From assembly GCA_043813605.1 (NCBI GenBank), contig JBDRKX010000013.1, positions 1 to 46,114 of the forward strand: a DNA stretch of 46,114 nt, given 5' to 3'. The stretch itself is not shown here. More notes on this DNA, generated by a model. The model did no database searches and was not told the DNA's origin. It was given only the letters and a program-made list of their open reading frames with translations. The DNA comes from Elusimicrobiota bacterium. GTDB taxonomy: Bacteria; CG03; SLGR01; JBDRKX01. Positions within the stretch are counted from its first letter, which is position 1.

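Noticed and set aside
22558..45855. Short + strand ORFs (22558, 25768, 26666, 28201, 44437, 45652)
   Set aside because: They lie out of frame within well-conserved domains of the giant CDS and show no coding signal
2436..45962. The >100 short minus-strand ORFs in the track
   Set aside because: They are antisense shadows of the giant + strand gene: Ser/Phe/Ile-rich, with no recognisable motifs
2475..46114. An operon of separate genes (cmk, acd, pgm, arcA, arcC, nagB and others) or an alternative genetic code
   Set aside because: All domains are in one frame with no stops, intergenic gaps or evident RBSs, and the upstream ORFs end normally with TGA/TAG
1..46114. rRNA, tRNA, transposase, integrase, intein or NRPS/PKS modules
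   Set aside because: No such signatures were recognised on manual reading

Overview
The window is almost entirely one gene. An uninterrupted + strand reading frame starts at ATG 2475 and is still open at the window edge (46114), giving more than 14,500 codons. It is absent from the ORF track only because it has no stop codon in the window; the many short minus-strand ORFs are its antisense shadows. By manual translation this giant protein has an N-terminal signal/TM segment and a conserved QDLH...GGFH domain typical of giant proteins from Omnitrophota/Elusimicrobiota-like bacteria (taxonomy is inference). After that come about 30 modules: cytidylate kinase, ADP-forming acyl-CoA synthetase, 2 HD domains, 2-3 Mpv17/PMP22 membrane domains, 2 HAD phosphatases, phosphoglucomutase, DUF1152-like, 4 kinase-like domains, an HExxH peptidase, TPR/HEAT repeats, a nucleotidyltransferase, 3 methyltransferases, a novel ~84-aa repeat array, GNAT, PHP, PRTase-like, arginine deiminase, carbamate kinase, a metallophosphoesterase, a histidine phosphatase and a NagB-like domain. 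Highlights: (i) two embedded enzymes, the arginine deiminase and acyl-CoA synthetase subdomain 5, appear circularly permuted; (ii) the ribosome-arrest-like motif RAPP recurs at module junctions; (iii) upstream, a consensus sigma70 promoter drives two paralogous small membrane ORFs, each tied to a conserved terminator hairpin, and the second ORF reads through its terminator and overlaps the giant gene start (ATGA), which suggests an attenuation system; (iv) the promoter region carries phased A-tracts and a perfect G-quadruplex motif. The window begins with the 3' end of an unrelated beta-repeat protein gene. Domain boundaries are approximate and come from motif recognition, not from searches.
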